From a virus: a stretch of DNA of 64,000 nt. The notes under the pieces are model-generated. The model made no database searches. It was not told where the DNA came from and saw only the letters and a program-made list of their open reading frames with translations. The DNA lies in the IMG/VR virus record IMGVR_UViG_3300028549_000688. One strand, 5' to 3'. The translations under genes were made by a program, and so were the position numbers. This document shows positions 44,033-54,138 of this stretch, in pieces (within the stretch, counting starts at the first letter, position 1; every line of letters begins with the position of its first letter).

Positions 44033-46597
44033 CTATGAATAATTGCGGTCAAAACTTTGGGTGATTAGCAGCGAGGCATCGGTGCTCCCAAGTGCGTAGT
44101 TGCGCACATACCGAGGGATGAATCCAGGCTTCAGCACGCCCACATCCACCGGCTGCGCTGTCTCGTACACATAGCCCCAGCTGCTGCCTGCATAACTGTC
44201 AACCGAGGCCAGCACGGTGTCAGTGCCTGCTGCCAGCACAACGATGTCGCTACCCGGCTCGAACCCGGTCACGGTTAGCGTGGTGACATCGAGCGGGTAC
44301 AGGTTGTCGGTCTGCGCTGCTAAGGTTGTGTATGTCAGCGGGCCAAAGTAGGTGAGCAAGTTGGTAGCGTTTGCCACAACGGTGACTATCCGGTACTTGA
44401 TACGCATACCGACGGCAGGATCAATGCCGGTGCCCGCTGCCGCCAGATTGACCCCGTTGCAGTCAAGCCAGTTGCCGTCAAACCCGGCACCCTTGTCGAG
44501 CTGGAAATAGATGTCGTGGTTGCCCCAATGCGCACCACTCGTCCAGGTGACGTTGGTGCCCACCACTGTTGGACTGCCGATTACGAAGCCTGTGTGCCCG
44601 ATGGCAAAGTACGACTGCTCAAATATCACCTCGTCGCCCACAGACTGCATGGTGATGTTGCCCGCGCTGGTGAACTTCGGTGAGCCAGAAACTACAGTGA
44701 CATACGGCGCGGTCGCTACCGAGGGCTCGTTGAACATGAGGATCAGACGACCCGATGTATCAGACACGAACAGGTCATGGAAGTGCGAGCCGTACACCGC
44801 CGACTGTGCGCTTGTGCTTACATTGGCACCTACGGCGCGCAGGGTCTGGTTCAGTCCAGCGTTCGAGACACCGACACCGCCGACTGACACGTTTTGAAAA
44901 GTGCATCCGGTATCAGTATTAACTGCGCTTATTACCCCCAATCGTGCGGGCGACAGGTAGCAGCGCTGCACACGCACACGCGTGTTGTTGCCTCCTGACG
45001 CATAGATATAGCCCAGTTGGTTGACCGTGCCACCGTTGACAAACGCGCTGCGCGTGCCGAGGTTGCGAAAGGTTACATCCTGCGATGCACCGCAGTTGAA
45101 TACACCGCTGTATGGGTGGACATCAGGAATCAAACCTCGCAAACCGAAGGTGCAACCATCAACCACGATATTGCTTGATTGGCTTGACACGGCTACCGCG
45201 TAAAGAGCCGTGGTCGTGATCGTGGTTCCGACGATTCGGTCAACGTGATCGTGGTCATTGATGCGCACGTTTGCGCTTGTGACAACCGCTGTCGTCGAAT
45301 TCATAGCGGTGCAATCGTTGAGTTCAATGTCGGTGCTCTGTGCCACATTGAACGCATATCCGCTGCTACGCGCATACTGCAATATGCCGCTGGTGACGTT
45401 GCTGAGTGTGAAGCCTTTGCAGTACACCAGGTCAACAGCGTGGTCGCTTGAACCTGCGAGGTAGCGCGGCAGGTTGCAGTCGGTAATCGCCCCACCAGAG
45501 AAGTTTGATGTCAGTTGCAACGAGCGTGAATCGATTGACGCGGTACACCCTTTGCCGACATTCTGCATCGTGACGAAGGTGGCGCACTCACCAATGTAGG
45601 CGGTGTCTGCATAAGCACTGTTGGCTATGCGCACAGAGTACGGTTGCAGCAGGTTCAAGTACCAGTCAGTGTAGGCAAACTCGATGTCAATGGCCCCGGA
45701 TGACGTGGTTGAAAACTCAGGGCGCGATGCAATCGTGGCGTGCGGTATGACGTTAGCAGCACGCGCAGCTGTGGTGCACTGCCGCATGATCACGTTCGGA
45801 ATACGAATCTTGCGACTAGCTGGCGGTACATAGCCGACTGCGGTAGTGCCGTTATGTCCAATCAGCAGCGTGCCGCTACCAGTGATGCAAACGAACTTGC
45901 TGCGCTCGTCAGTACCAAAGTTGGCTGTCAACATCAGTGCATAATCCACGCCGGGATAGAACTCGTACTCGTCAGCCACTGCTGTTTCAATCCACAGGCC
46001 AAGGCCCCAAGATACGCCGCCGAGTCCCGGCAAGGTGATTGCTTGATTTTCAGCTCCACTGGTTGTACCGAGCGAGAACCAGTCACCGCGCACCTTGAAG
46101 TCACCCAACCGAGGCACTGCGATGGTGGCAGCCTGATCATGCACCACCTCTATCCATCCTGGTACATCAGGCCCATCAGCCGTGGCTGTGATGCCGCTCA
46201 ATGCACCAGCAGAAAACGTACCACCAGTCACTTCGCGCAGCTTGATAAAGCCCGTGGCCCCGATGGTTGTTGAAGGCGCGGCGTTGAGCGAGGCCCAGTA
46301 CCCAAGGAAATACCCAGACACGCCGCCCTGCGTGACTGTCGCACCTATCGCTGCTGTTCCAGACCCACCACTGATGGCAAGCCAACGAACCTGTGTACCG
46401 TCAACCTCGTAGCCCCCACCCAACGATGAGCTGATGGTGGCGCTACCCAGCGAGCCTGTCAGACTGACTGGCGCGTTAGCGTGCCAGCGCGTGTCTGTAC
46501 GCACCACCAAACGTCCGCCGTTGATGGTCATAACCTCACCGGCGGTACGCGCAGTACCACCGTCAAGGTATGTCGGATTGACGGTGATGGTTGCCAT
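44033..46597 (-). CDS. tailspike-like protein, probable right-handed beta-helix (candidate depolymerase)
   Basis: Size, plus repetitive short beta-strand segments rich in N/T/S/G/V (NVTSG, INDHDH, FRNLGT). Inference only. Confidence 0.5.
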   Translation of the reverse strand: MATITVNPTYLDGGTARTAGEVMTINGGRLVVRTDTRWHANAPVSLTGSLGSATISSSLGGGYEVDGTQVRWLAISGGSGTAAIGATVTQGGVSGYFLGYWASLNAAPSTTIGATGFIKLREVTGGTFSAGALSGITATADGPDVPGWIEVVHDQAATIAVPRLGDFKVRGDWFSLGTTSGAENQAITLPGLGGVSWGLGLWIETAVADEYEFYPGVDYALMLTANFGTDERSKFVCITGSGTLLIGHNGTTAVGYVPPASRKIRIPNVIMRQCTTAARAANVIPHATIASRPEFSTTSSGAIDIEFAYTDWYLNLLQPYSVRIANSAYADTAYIGECATFVTMQNVGKGCTASIDSRSLQLTSNFSGGAITDCNLPRYLAGSSDHAVDLVYCKGFTLSNVTSGILQYARSSGYAFNVAQSTDIELNDCTAMNSTTAVVTSANVRINDHDHVDRIVGTTITTTALYAVAVSSQSSNIVVDGCTFGLRGLIPDVHPYSGVFNCGASQDVTFRNLGTRSAFVNGGTVNQLGYIYASGGNNTRVRVQRCYLSPARLGVISAVNTDTGCTFQNVSVGGVGVSNAGLNQTLRAVGANVSTSAQSAVYGSHFHDLFVSDTSGRLILMFNEPSVATAPYVTVVSGSPKFTSAGNITMQSVGDEVIFEQSYFAIGHTGFVIGSPTVVGTNVTWTSGAHWGNHDIYFQLDKGAGFDGNWLDCNGVNLAAAGTGIDPAVGMRIKYRIVTVVANATNLLTYFGPLTYTTLAAQTDNLYPLDVTTLTVTGFEPGSDIVVLAAGTDTVLASVDSYAGSSWGYVYETAQPVDVGVLKPGFIPRYVRNYALGSTDASLLITQSFDRNYS

Positions 46598-46819
46598 TTA
46601 TTCCAGGCGCAGGTACACGGTGCTGTCGAGCACCATCAGGTCGGCGATGCGGCGCTCGTCAGCAAACCAGCCCGCAGCGGCCAGTTTGTCATTGAGGTCG
46701 TTGGGGGTGTGGCCCTGCATTTCGCTCAAGGTGGCGAGGGTGTCGCCGCTGATGCTGCACATTGCGTCAACGTCAATGCGCGTCCACTCAGGCGGCACGA
46801 TGACAAGTATTTGACTCAT
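46598..46819 (-). CDS. hypothetical protein (73 aa)
   Basis: Abuts the neighbouring genes. Confidence 0.5.
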   Translation of the reverse strand: MSQILVIVPPEWTRIDVDAMCSISGDTLATLSEMQGHTPNDLNDKLAAAGWFADERRIADLMVLDSTVYLRLE

Positions 46820-46821
46820 GG

Positions 46822-47031
46822 TTAAACCCTCTTGACGGCAATACCAGCAGCTTGCATTTCAGCAATTACCGGGTCTTCAGAAACAGCAAGAGACACCTTG
46901 TTGTAGTTGTGGTCAGCGTCGTTATTGACACTCACGACACGAACACCGGACACCAACGTGCCGTTCCAGAACACCTGGGGTGTTGCTGTGTGGGGGTTGA
47001 GAATGGTCAGTTGACCGTTGGCTACTTGCAT
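46822..47031 (-). CDS. hypothetical protein (69 aa)
   Basis: GGAG SD. Confidence 0.5.
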   Translation of the reverse strand: MQVANGQLTILNPHTATPQVFWNGTLVSGVRVVSVNNDADHNYNKVSLAVSEDPVIAEMQAAGIAVKRV

Positions 47032-47041
47032 GTGGTGGCTC

Positions 47042-47521
47042 CTAAGAATCGGTTACAGCGGACAGCACGCCGCCCACATAGGCGAACGTGCGAGTGTTCA
47101 GCAGCACCCCTAGCACGTCGTAGTACTGGATGCTGCTGAGTGCGCCGTCGGTGTAGGTGAGCACGCGCTGCTCGGCGATTTGGGTGGCGGCTGCGTCGTG
47201 GAACATCATTACCTCGACCAGCTGGCCATCAACATAGGTCAAGTGCTTGGCCGGGTAGCTGCCTGCTGTGGGTCCGGGCGGACCGGGCGGGCCCTGCAGG
47301 GCGGTTTCGACGATCTGGGCTTCGACCCAGTGGTCTGTGAATGTGGCGGACTGAGTCTCGACGACGACGGACGCGTCGGCCACGGTCTCAGTGATGACGT
47401 CTGGACCCGAAGGTGTGACATCGAATACCTGTGAGTCGCTTTCTGTCTCTACGACAGCAGCCACGTCCCCCAGCTCGATGATCTCTGGTATAGCATCGGT
47501 GGTGACGGTTATGAAGTTCAC
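47042..47521 (-). CDS. 159-aa virion protein with GPPGPPGP motif
   Basis: GTGA coupling to the upstream gene. Confidence 0.55.
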   Translation of the reverse strand: MNFITVTTDAIPEIIELGDVAAVVETESDSQVFDVTPSGPDVITETVADASVVVETQSATFTDHWVEAQIVETALQGPPGPPGPTAGSYPAKHLTYVDGQLVEVMMFHDAAATQIAEQRVLTYTDGALSSIQYYDVLGVLLNTRTFAYVGGVLSAVTDS

Positions 47522-47880
47522 CGGGTCACCTCTGGACTTGCCGTGACGGGGCCATACAACAGCCGCTTCACGTCAGGCTCAGGGACAGCAGGGAACACGA
47601 TCTCAAGGTCGTACACCGCAGATGTCCAGGTGATGTCCTCAGTCACTGTGGGGCGCAGGTACAGTACGATGGTGCCGGCCGTGCCGCCCAGGGTGATGCC
47701 ACCGTCCTCAGTGGTGAGGCTCAGCAGCGGTACCTCGTCCGTAATCACCGCGCGGATGTGCATACGCGCCGTGCATCCTGTGAGGTCCACTGGAACGCTC
47801 GGTGTGCCAGCCTTCCAGGTCAGGGTTTTACGGAACGTAGCGCCCTGCTCTATCGTGAGTTTGAGTTTTGCAGCGGCCAT
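47518..47880 (-). CDS. 120-aa head/tail-completion-type protein
   Basis: ATG 47880 is ATGA-coupled to the upstream stop. The longer ORF ..47931 overlaps the upstream gene. Confidence 0.5.
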   Translation of the reverse strand: MAAAKLKLTIEQGATFRKTLTWKAGTPSVPVDLTGCTARMHIRAVITDEVPLLSLTTEDGGITLGGTAGTIVLYLRPTVTEDITWTSAVYDLEIVFPAVPEPDVKRLLYGPVTASPEVTR

Positions 47881-48569
47881 CAGATGCCTCCGTAAGCAGT
47901 GGTCATGTTGTGGCTGCGGTAGCGGTTCCACTCAGCCTTGGCAGAGGCGCAGTACGTCTTGAAGGCCTGCTCGTACTCGTCGCGCCGGCCACGGTCGAAA
48001 GTCTCTGCGTCCTGCTTGCCGTAGGCGCGGGCCTTCATCCAGAGCATGAGGTGCTCGTGGTGTTCTTCGCCGATGTCGGGGAACTCGAAACCAGGTTCGA
48101 CTGTCTCCAGCGGCAGGCGCTGCACGCTCAGCTGCACCGTGTCGGCTTTGTCCGGTATGCGCAGCCAGCGCACGGTGCCGCCTGTGGCACTGCGCCCCAT
48201 GCCGGTGATCATGTACTCGACGCGGCCCTGCAGCATGCTGCGCCGCTGGGTGACGACCTGACCGTAATCGCGGTCGCCCTTGAGCGGTATTTCAGCCTCG
48301 TTGATGATCTTGAGCTCGGTACCGTCAGACAGCAGGTATGCGTTGCGGAACCGAAGAATGAGCGGGCTGACCTGGCTGGTGGCTTCGCCTGGAACCAGAG
48401 TCAGACGTGTGAGGGGTGACGTGGCGTCAGGCACGCCGCCTGTGAGACGAACGAACATCCTGTACGCGTCGTTCATGTACATCCACACCTCGGTATCGCC
48501 CCAGAGGTACGGCGCCTCGACATCAACGATGTCGCTGCGGAACAGGTCGTACAGGTCGTCGGAGGTCAT
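47880..48569 (-). CDS. 229-aa head-tail connector-region protein
   Basis: Position downstream of the capsid genes. Confidence 0.55.
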   Translation of the reverse strand: MTSDDLYDLFRSDIVDVEAPYLWGDTEVWMYMNDAYRMFVRLTGGVPDATSPLTRLTLVPGEATSQVSPLILRFRNAYLLSDGTELKIINEAEIPLKGDRDYGQVVTQRRSMLQGRVEYMITGMGRSATGGTVRWLRIPDKADTVQLSVQRLPLETVEPGFEFPDIGEEHHEHLMLWMKARAYGKQDAETFDRGRRDEYEQAFKTYCASAKAEWNRYRSHNMTTAYGGI

Positions 48570-48570
48570 G

Positions 48571-48951
48571 TTAAGCCTTGGCTTTCAGATACTCTTCCCA
48601 GACGTCGTCACGCTCACGGGTGATGACCTCAAAGCCGAGCAGCTCTTTCATGACGGCCAGGTTCGGCCGGCCTTGACCGGTGAAGTCGCCGCGCTGGTTG
48701 CGCGCTTCGAGCTGCGCGTACACAGCCAAAATCTGACTCTTGCGCTCGTCGCCAGCAGGTGCCAGCGGTAACGCCTTGGCATCCGGGTCGAGCACGTCGA
48801 GTTTTTCGCCATCGACAGGCTCGGCACCGAACTGAGTGACTTCGCGCTCAAGTGCGGGAGGCACCCAGACAGGCTGGCCTTTGACAAAGTTGACGATGTG
48901 CCCGAGGGTTGAGCGATGGGTGTAGGTGCGGTTGAGCACGTAGTCCGGCAT
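48571..48951 (-). CDS. 126-aa protein
   Basis: ATG 48951 has a GGAG SD. The longer ORF ..48999 would run through the terminator hairpin. Confidence 0.5.
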   Translation of the reverse strand: MPDYVLNRTYTHRSTLGHIVNFVKGQPVWVPPALEREVTQFGAEPVDGEKLDVLDPDAKALPLAPAGDERKSQILAVYAQLEARNQRGDFTGQGRPNLAVMKELLGFEVITRERDDVWEEYLKAKA

Positions 48952-48969
48952 GAGGTTCTCCAGAGGATT

Positions 48970-48997
48970 AAAAAAGAAGTGGGCCGAAGCCCACTTC
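48970..48997 (-). terminator. rho-independent terminator after the capsid-gene block
   Basis: Perfect 9-bp stem GAAGTGGGC/GCCCACTTC with a 4-nt loop, then T6 on the minus strand. Confidence 0.75.
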
Positions 48998-49007
48998 AAG
49001 GCGGCAC

Positions 49008-49559
49008 TTAGGTTGCGCTGACTTCGTTGATGCGACCGTCGATCGTGTACATCACACGAACGCGTACGCGTCCAGCACTGGCGTTGCCTGCACCAAGCAC
49101 CAAAGTGGCGCGCACGTCAAGGCCGGTAAAGGCGCCAGACGGTGCGGCGTCGCTGTCTTCCAACGGGATCGTCAGAGCCGTGCGGGCGGCCGTTTTCAGG
49201 TCGACAGTGGTGGCCAACAGCGTGCCTGCAGCCGATGTGCCGAGAGACAGCGTGGCTGTGGCGGGACCGACGTAGGCGTTCTCGACGTGGATGTCCCCAC
49301 CGATTACCTGGGCACCGATGGGCAGGCCCAGCACCTCGAAGTAACTGGTCTTGCCGCCGCCGCCTGTGACGTAGGTGACGCCTGACAGCATGCCGTCGGG
49401 CTGCACGCCAGAACCGAAGTCCGTGACATTGGCCTTGGGCACTGTGTCGACGCTTGCGCCGTTCAACGCGGACAGGAAAGCCATGCCGTCGTTGTAGTTG
49501 AAGACGTACTCAGCTACCAGAGGGTACTGAGCGCCGCGTGTGCGATTTTTAACTGACAT
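49008..49559 (-). CDS. 183-aa abundant head protein candidate (decoration-type)
   Basis: Lies directly after the MCP. Shares the initiation context GGAGTAAATCATG with the scaffold gene and is followed by a strong terminator. Confidence 0.5.
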   Translation of the reverse strand: MSVKNRTRGAQYPLVAEYVFNYNDGMAFLSALNGASVDTVPKANVTDFGSGVQPDGMLSGVTYVTGGGGKTSYFEVLGLPIGAQVIGGDIHVENAYVGPATATLSLGTSAAGTLLATTVDLKTAARTALTIPLEDSDAAPSGAFTGLDVRATLVLGAGNASAGRVRVRVMYTIDGRINEVSAT

Positions 49560-49617
49560 GATTTACTCCTAAACTTGATGAAGCTCGTCAGCGGGCCACC
49601 GGCCCGCCTGTGGGCTA

Positions 49618-50742
49618 TTACTGGGCCGTGTACAGGGACATGACACCGAAGTCTTCGGTGGTTCCGCCGCTGTACTGGGTGTAGAACTGAGGCTTGAGGA
49701 AGCCCATGATCTTGGCCACGGAGATACCTTGTTGGTTCTCGTAGTCAAAACCTTCTTCGGTCCAGCTCGGAGCACCGAGGTCAGCCATACCCAGCGCCTG
49801 GGCACCGCAGAACAGCACCTGGCAGCCGTCGATCAAACCACCAGAGCCCCACTTCTGGGTGCTTGGTGTCAAGCGTGTGTTGGGCACGTGACGGTACTCA
49901 TGCAGATACATGCCGTCGACGCGGACCACGTCACCGGTGAACAGCGGGTTGTCCTCGCCGCGTTGGCGAGCCCAGCGCAGGTTCGACAGGTACTCAGGGT
50001 CCAGCTTCAGCTTGGCCATGGCCTGTGGGCTGAGGAACACGTGGTAGACCTCTTCGCCGCCCTTGTCCTTGCAGCCGCGCACATAGTTGTCCTTGGCGTA
50101 GGCCTTGGCTTGCACCAGCATGTTGTAGGACGGCGTGTCTGCCACGGCCACGGAGCCGGTACCAACGCCCCACTCCATCAGCTTGGAGGTGCCGTTCCAG
50201 CGGCCGAAACGCTTGGAGCTGGGTGCGGCCACGTCGGCAGCGAACTCCAGGTACGGCAGGTCGGAGCCGACGCGGCCCACGGTGGCACCCACGGCGCTGA
50301 GCTTGGTGCTGTAGGACAGGCCTGCCAGGGTCAACATGGCGAGCTGGTCGATGCGGTCAGAAGCCCAATAGGCCAGCTTGTCGCGGCTGTTCTCGCGGAA
50401 CTGCACCACGGTCTTCTGATCAGCCATGCGGCCTTCGTTGATGTTGGCGTTACGGATTTGGTCAATCCGAATCACCTTGTCGTAGCTCTTGAGCTGCTCT
50501 TCATTGCCGCGCAGGGTGCGGTCCCCTGCGATACCGTCACCTTCGAGGTCGGTCAGCAAGGTCATGACGGCGCGTGCGCCCTTCTGGGTTTTCTTCAGCT
50601 CGGTAACGTGCTGAATCAGCGAGTTCTCGTCAGAGCCGAGGAACTTGTTGACAAATGATAGGTTGCGGGCCTGGCGCCAAAAATCGAGCGACCAGACTGT
50701 TTTTTGTTCGCTGGTGAGCAGCGCAAAATTAGTCGTAGACAT
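49618..50742 (-). CDS. major capsid protein (N4-gp56-like family by N-terminal pattern)
   Basis: ATG 50742 has a GGAG SD. Pattern KGARAVMTLLTDLEGDGIAGDRTLRGNEEQL. Position after the scaffold gene. Confidence 0.8.
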   Translation of the reverse strand: MSTTNFALLTSEQKTVWSLDFWRQARNLSFVNKFLGSDENSLIQHVTELKKTQKGARAVMTLLTDLEGDGIAGDRTLRGNEEQLKSYDKVIRIDQIRNANINEGRMADQKTVVQFRENSRDKLAYWASDRIDQLAMLTLAGLSYSTKLSAVGATVGRVGSDLPYLEFAADVAAPSSKRFGRWNGTSKLMEWGVGTGSVAVADTPSYNMLVQAKAYAKDNYVRGCKDKGGEEVYHVFLSPQAMAKLKLDPEYLSNLRWARQRGEDNPLFTGDVVRVDGMYLHEYRHVPNTRLTPSTQKWGSGGLIDGCQVLFCGAQALGMADLGAPSWTEEGFDYENQQGISVAKIMGFLKPQFYTQYSGGTTEDFGVMSLYTAQ

Positions 50743-50998
50743 GGGGACTCCGTAAGTTGTAAAGATCGAACACACTCTGATGCAATCTGTGCATCAATCT
50801 CAGGCCACGATGTCGCGGTGACTGCGAGTTGTTCGGCTCTTACGGAGTCGCTTCGGGGGCTGTGTCGCCGCCCCAGTGCAGATGGGTACGCTATCCTTTT
50901 CCAGATGTCGCTCTGGATGGCGAAGCGCCGCACTTACGTGCGACGCCGCTATATTACATCAGATCACGTTAGAGTTCAAGCGATACCCTGTCCGATGC

Positions 50999-51925
50999 CT
51001 ATGCCAAATCTCCACGCATGCGCTTGAGCGTGGCCAGCGGGATGGCCTTGAGGTCGTCGACGTTCTGCGGCACGGCGGTGCCGTCGCGCATGCCGGCCTT
51101 GTCGCTGTCGAGCCCGACGTCGCGCGTGTCAGGCGGCGTGCGCAGTGCTGCGTCGACGTTCTTGGCGCGTGCAGCCTGTGTGCGGTCGGCACCCTTGGCA
51201 CTGGCCAAGCCGCCTGCGGGCTTGTCGTCGACAGCCTTGGCCGGCTGGAACCTGACCATGATGTCGTTGGTGGCCTTGATGAGCGCTTGCGACGGTGGCA
51301 TGCGGTCGCGGTTGATGAGCTGACTCTGTGCCGCCAGCACCAGGTCTACGAGACCCTGGTCGAACTCAGGTGCGCCTTCCTTGAGCGCCGGGTACGTGGC
51401 TTCGAGCTTCTCGATGGCCATCTCGACACGGATGCCCTCGCGCGCCTCCTCGCTGGCCTGCGAGCTCATGCTCTGGCTTTCCTGGATGATGATCTGGCGG
51501 TTGATGCGGTCGATCTGCGCAGCCAGTGCCACGCTCTTTTCCTCGTCACCGTCCATCATGGCGCGGCGGTCCTGCTTGCGCAGCTCGACGAGCTGGGCTT
51601 CGAGCTGCGAGGTGTCGGCCGCTCGGTTGACACTCTGAATCTGCTTCTGCAGCTCGCCCAGCTGGCGCTCGGCCGTCTCGCGGCGCTCGCGCTCCTTCTT
51701 TACAGCCTCATCGAAACGCGCCTTGGGCACAACATAGCCCTTGTCGTCGCGCTGAGGCTCAGCCTCTGGCGCAGCGTCGGCCTTGTCGGCCGCTGCGTCG
51801 GCCTTAGCCGCGAGCTCGTCTTCGAGCGATACGCCCAGTGTGTCGGGAGCCAGCTTGTCGCTGGTGTCGTCGACGCTTGGGATGTGGTTGTCGCCACGAT
51901 CTACTACTTCTTCAGTGCCTGCCAT
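50999..51925 (-). CDS. scaffolding protein
   Basis: Acidic, helical, coiled-coil composition. Lies between portal and MCP. Confidence 0.65.
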   Translation of the reverse strand: MAGTEEVVDRGDNHIPSVDDTSDKLAPDTLGVSLEDELAAKADAAADKADAAPEAEPQRDDKGYVVPKARFDEAVKKERERRETAERQLGELQKQIQSVNRAADTSQLEAQLVELRKQDRRAMMDGDEEKSVALAAQIDRINRQIIIQESQSMSSQASEEAREGIRVEMAIEKLEATYPALKEGAPEFDQGLVDLVLAAQSQLINRDRMPPSQALIKATNDIMVRFQPAKAVDDKPAGGLASAKGADRTQAARAKNVDAALRTPPDTRDVGLDSDKAGMRDGTAVPQNVDDLKAIPLATLKRMRGDLA

Positions 51926-51928
51926 GAT

Positions 51929-54094
51929 TTACTCCGTTGTGGTTGTAGGGGAACTCTCTGCCTTCTCTGCCTTAGCCCTCTCGGCGTAGGCCTTCTGCTC
52001 TGCCATCTGCGCCTGCTGGGCTGCAGCCTGCTGCTTAATCTGCATGTCAAGCGCGTGTTTCTCCTGCTCGAACTGCAGCTTCATGGCCAGCTCCTGGCGC
52101 TTGAAGTCGAGGTCAAGTGCATGTTTCTCGCGCTCCATCTCAAAGCGCTCGCGCTCCAGCGCCATCTCCTGCTGCATCTTGAGCGTCTCTGCGGTGTCGC
52201 CACCCTGAGCCAAGTGCTGGGCCTCGATGCCTTCTTTCTTGGCCCGGGCCGCGTCGAGCGCGCTCTTGGTGTGGGTGCCTGCCGCCTCGCCTTCGAGCTT
52301 GGACACGTTGGCCTCCATGGCGCGCATCTCCAGAGCAGCTTTCTGCTGGGCCTCGGGGCTCTGTGCCTGAGCCTGCATCTGCTTGACGATCTCGGCGCGG
52401 CGCTGCAGCCGGCTGTTCTCGATGAGCACGTCGTCTGGGACTGCGATGCCGAGCTCCTTGAGTGCGCGAGCCTGCTCGAACTGGCTGTCTTCGAGTGTGG
52501 CGCGGTCGGGTGTGGCAGTGATGATGATGCCGTACTCGCCGAGCGTGAGGTCGTTGACGATGGCGTCTGTAGCCTCGTCGTACTGGTTGATGGTGGTCGT
52601 CTCGGGCGAGTTGACCAGGTCGTTACCAGTGATGTGGACGATGCGCTCCTCGGTGTAATACTCTTGCACCAGGTCGAGCACGTTGCGAGCCAGGAACCAG
52701 TCGCTGCGCTCCAGGTTGTCGAGAACGCGCACGAGGTTGGCCTGGCCACTCTGCTTCTTGGCGCTGATAGCCTTGGCAGCCACGTCCTCGCGGTCGAAAC
52801 CCTGCATGCTGTCGCTCACACCGCTGATGGCCTTCATGTGCTCTTCAGCCTTGTAGCTGATGCGGTCCATGCCCTGCGGGGTGGCGTTGGGGGTGATCTT
52901 CTCGATGCCCTCGATCTTCTTGACTTCGAGCACCAGTCCGGTCTGCGCGCCGGTCTGTGCCAAGTCCTCGATCTCCATGTTGACCAGGTTGCCACTCTCA
53001 ACCTTCCAGCCGCTGTTGGCGCTGGTGTTGACCACGTGCAGCTCCTGGCTGCTGGTCTTGTTGAGCAGCTCCTGGCTGCCCAGCAGGTTCTCGACCAGGC
53101 CGATGGTGCGGCCGTGGTGGAAGTGCGGGAAGTACGGCACGACCGTGAAGTGCTTGTAGGGGGACCAGTCGTCATGCAAGATGACGTTGTCGGCGCTCAC
53201 CGTCCAGCGTATGCGCTTGACCTTCTTCTTAATGACGGTGAGCTGACCCTGCGTGCGCTCCAGCATGGCGGCGATGCGGTCGCGCTCCCAGCTCTCGGGC
53301 ACCGGGCGAGCGTCGCCTGTCTGTACGTCGACGAAGTGCTTCTGGGTAGTGAGCTTGCGGTACTGGCGCTCCAGCACGCGGATGTTGCGTCGTACGTGCG
53401 CCGTGTCGAGGATGCCGTAGTAGCTACCGGCCAGCGCCGAGCCGGCGAAGCGGTCGCGCACGCGCTCGATGCTGTCGTAGGCGTAGGGAAACAAGCTTTC
53501 CTCGCGGTTCTTGAGGTACTCGGCGTCGGCCTGGTCGTACAGCACGGCCACATCCTGGTACGTGAGCCACTTGGTGATGAACATGTCGTTCCACTCGTCG
53601 GGGTCGTACTGCTCAGCGTCCGGGTCGATGACCACGTTCTTGCTGTTGAGGTTTGTGATGCGAACCTCGCCCTTCAGACTGTCGGTGAAGTCGAGCCGCA
53701 CGTCGTAGAAGCCGCGGCTACGGATGATGCCGTCGGCGAACACGTCGGAGCGCAGCCAGTTGAGCTGGTTGTTGGCAGCGATCTGGCTCCAGACCTTCTG
53801 CAGCGCGTCGGCCGTCTCTGCACTGGCCCCTTCGCCCGCCGGTCTGAAGCTCACCTCGTTGCGGTTGTAAATCTGCTGGCCCATGATGGTGGACACAGTG
53901 CTGATGATCTTGTTTATCGTTAAACAAGGTCTGCGCGCAAGCTGCAATGCAGCGACGTCTTCAACGGCCCACTGATCACCTGCGAAGAAGGAATCGCACT
54001 TATCGGCTTTAGCGAGGAAACTGTAATGACCTCTCTCGACACAAAAGCGATACCGTGTCCACATGTCAGATGCGAGTGAGTCGTTGACAGCCAT
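51929..54094 (-). CDS. portal protein with ~150-aa C-terminal coiled-coil tail
   Basis: 721 aa, follows TerL. Contains RRPCLTINKI. The C-terminus is an E/K/Q/A-rich helix, like barrel-bearing portals. Confidence 0.8.
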   Translation of the reverse strand: MAVNDSLASDMWTRYRFCVERGHYSFLAKADKCDSFFAGDQWAVEDVAALQLARRPCLTINKIISTVSTIMGQQIYNRNEVSFRPAGEGASAETADALQKVWSQIAANNQLNWLRSDVFADGIIRSRGFYDVRLDFTDSLKGEVRITNLNSKNVVIDPDAEQYDPDEWNDMFITKWLTYQDVAVLYDQADAEYLKNREESLFPYAYDSIERVRDRFAGSALAGSYYGILDTAHVRRNIRVLERQYRKLTTQKHFVDVQTGDARPVPESWERDRIAAMLERTQGQLTVIKKKVKRIRWTVSADNVILHDDWSPYKHFTVVPYFPHFHHGRTIGLVENLLGSQELLNKTSSQELHVVNTSANSGWKVESGNLVNMEIEDLAQTGAQTGLVLEVKKIEGIEKITPNATPQGMDRISYKAEEHMKAISGVSDSMQGFDREDVAAKAISAKKQSGQANLVRVLDNLERSDWFLARNVLDLVQEYYTEERIVHITGNDLVNSPETTTINQYDEATDAIVNDLTLGEYGIIITATPDRATLEDSQFEQARALKELGIAVPDDVLIENSRLQRRAEIVKQMQAQAQSPEAQQKAALEMRAMEANVSKLEGEAAGTHTKSALDAARAKKEGIEAQHLAQGGDTAETLKMQQEMALERERFEMEREKHALDLDFKRQELAMKLQFEQEKHALDMQIKQQAAAQQAQMAEQKAYAERAKAEKAESSPTTTTE

Positions 54095-54138
54095 GCGATC
54101 TCCGAGAGTATGTTAGATAGCTTGCGAGTTTATCAGAG

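Noticed and set aside
39559-47521. A diversity-generating retroelement or invertible-segment system acting on the fibre genes.
   Set aside because: There is no reverse transcriptase or invertase gene in the window. I saw no template/variable repeat pair or flanking inverted repeats. The repeats found are in-frame tandem protein repeats.
50876-53923. 1015-aa plus-strand ORF, the longest plus ORF in the late region.
   Set aside because: It lies antisense to the portal and scaffold genes. Its composition is dominated by L/V/A/H/R/G runs typical of the reverse complement of GC-rich coiled-coil genes. It has no SD. The minus-strand products carry recognisable portal and scaffold features.
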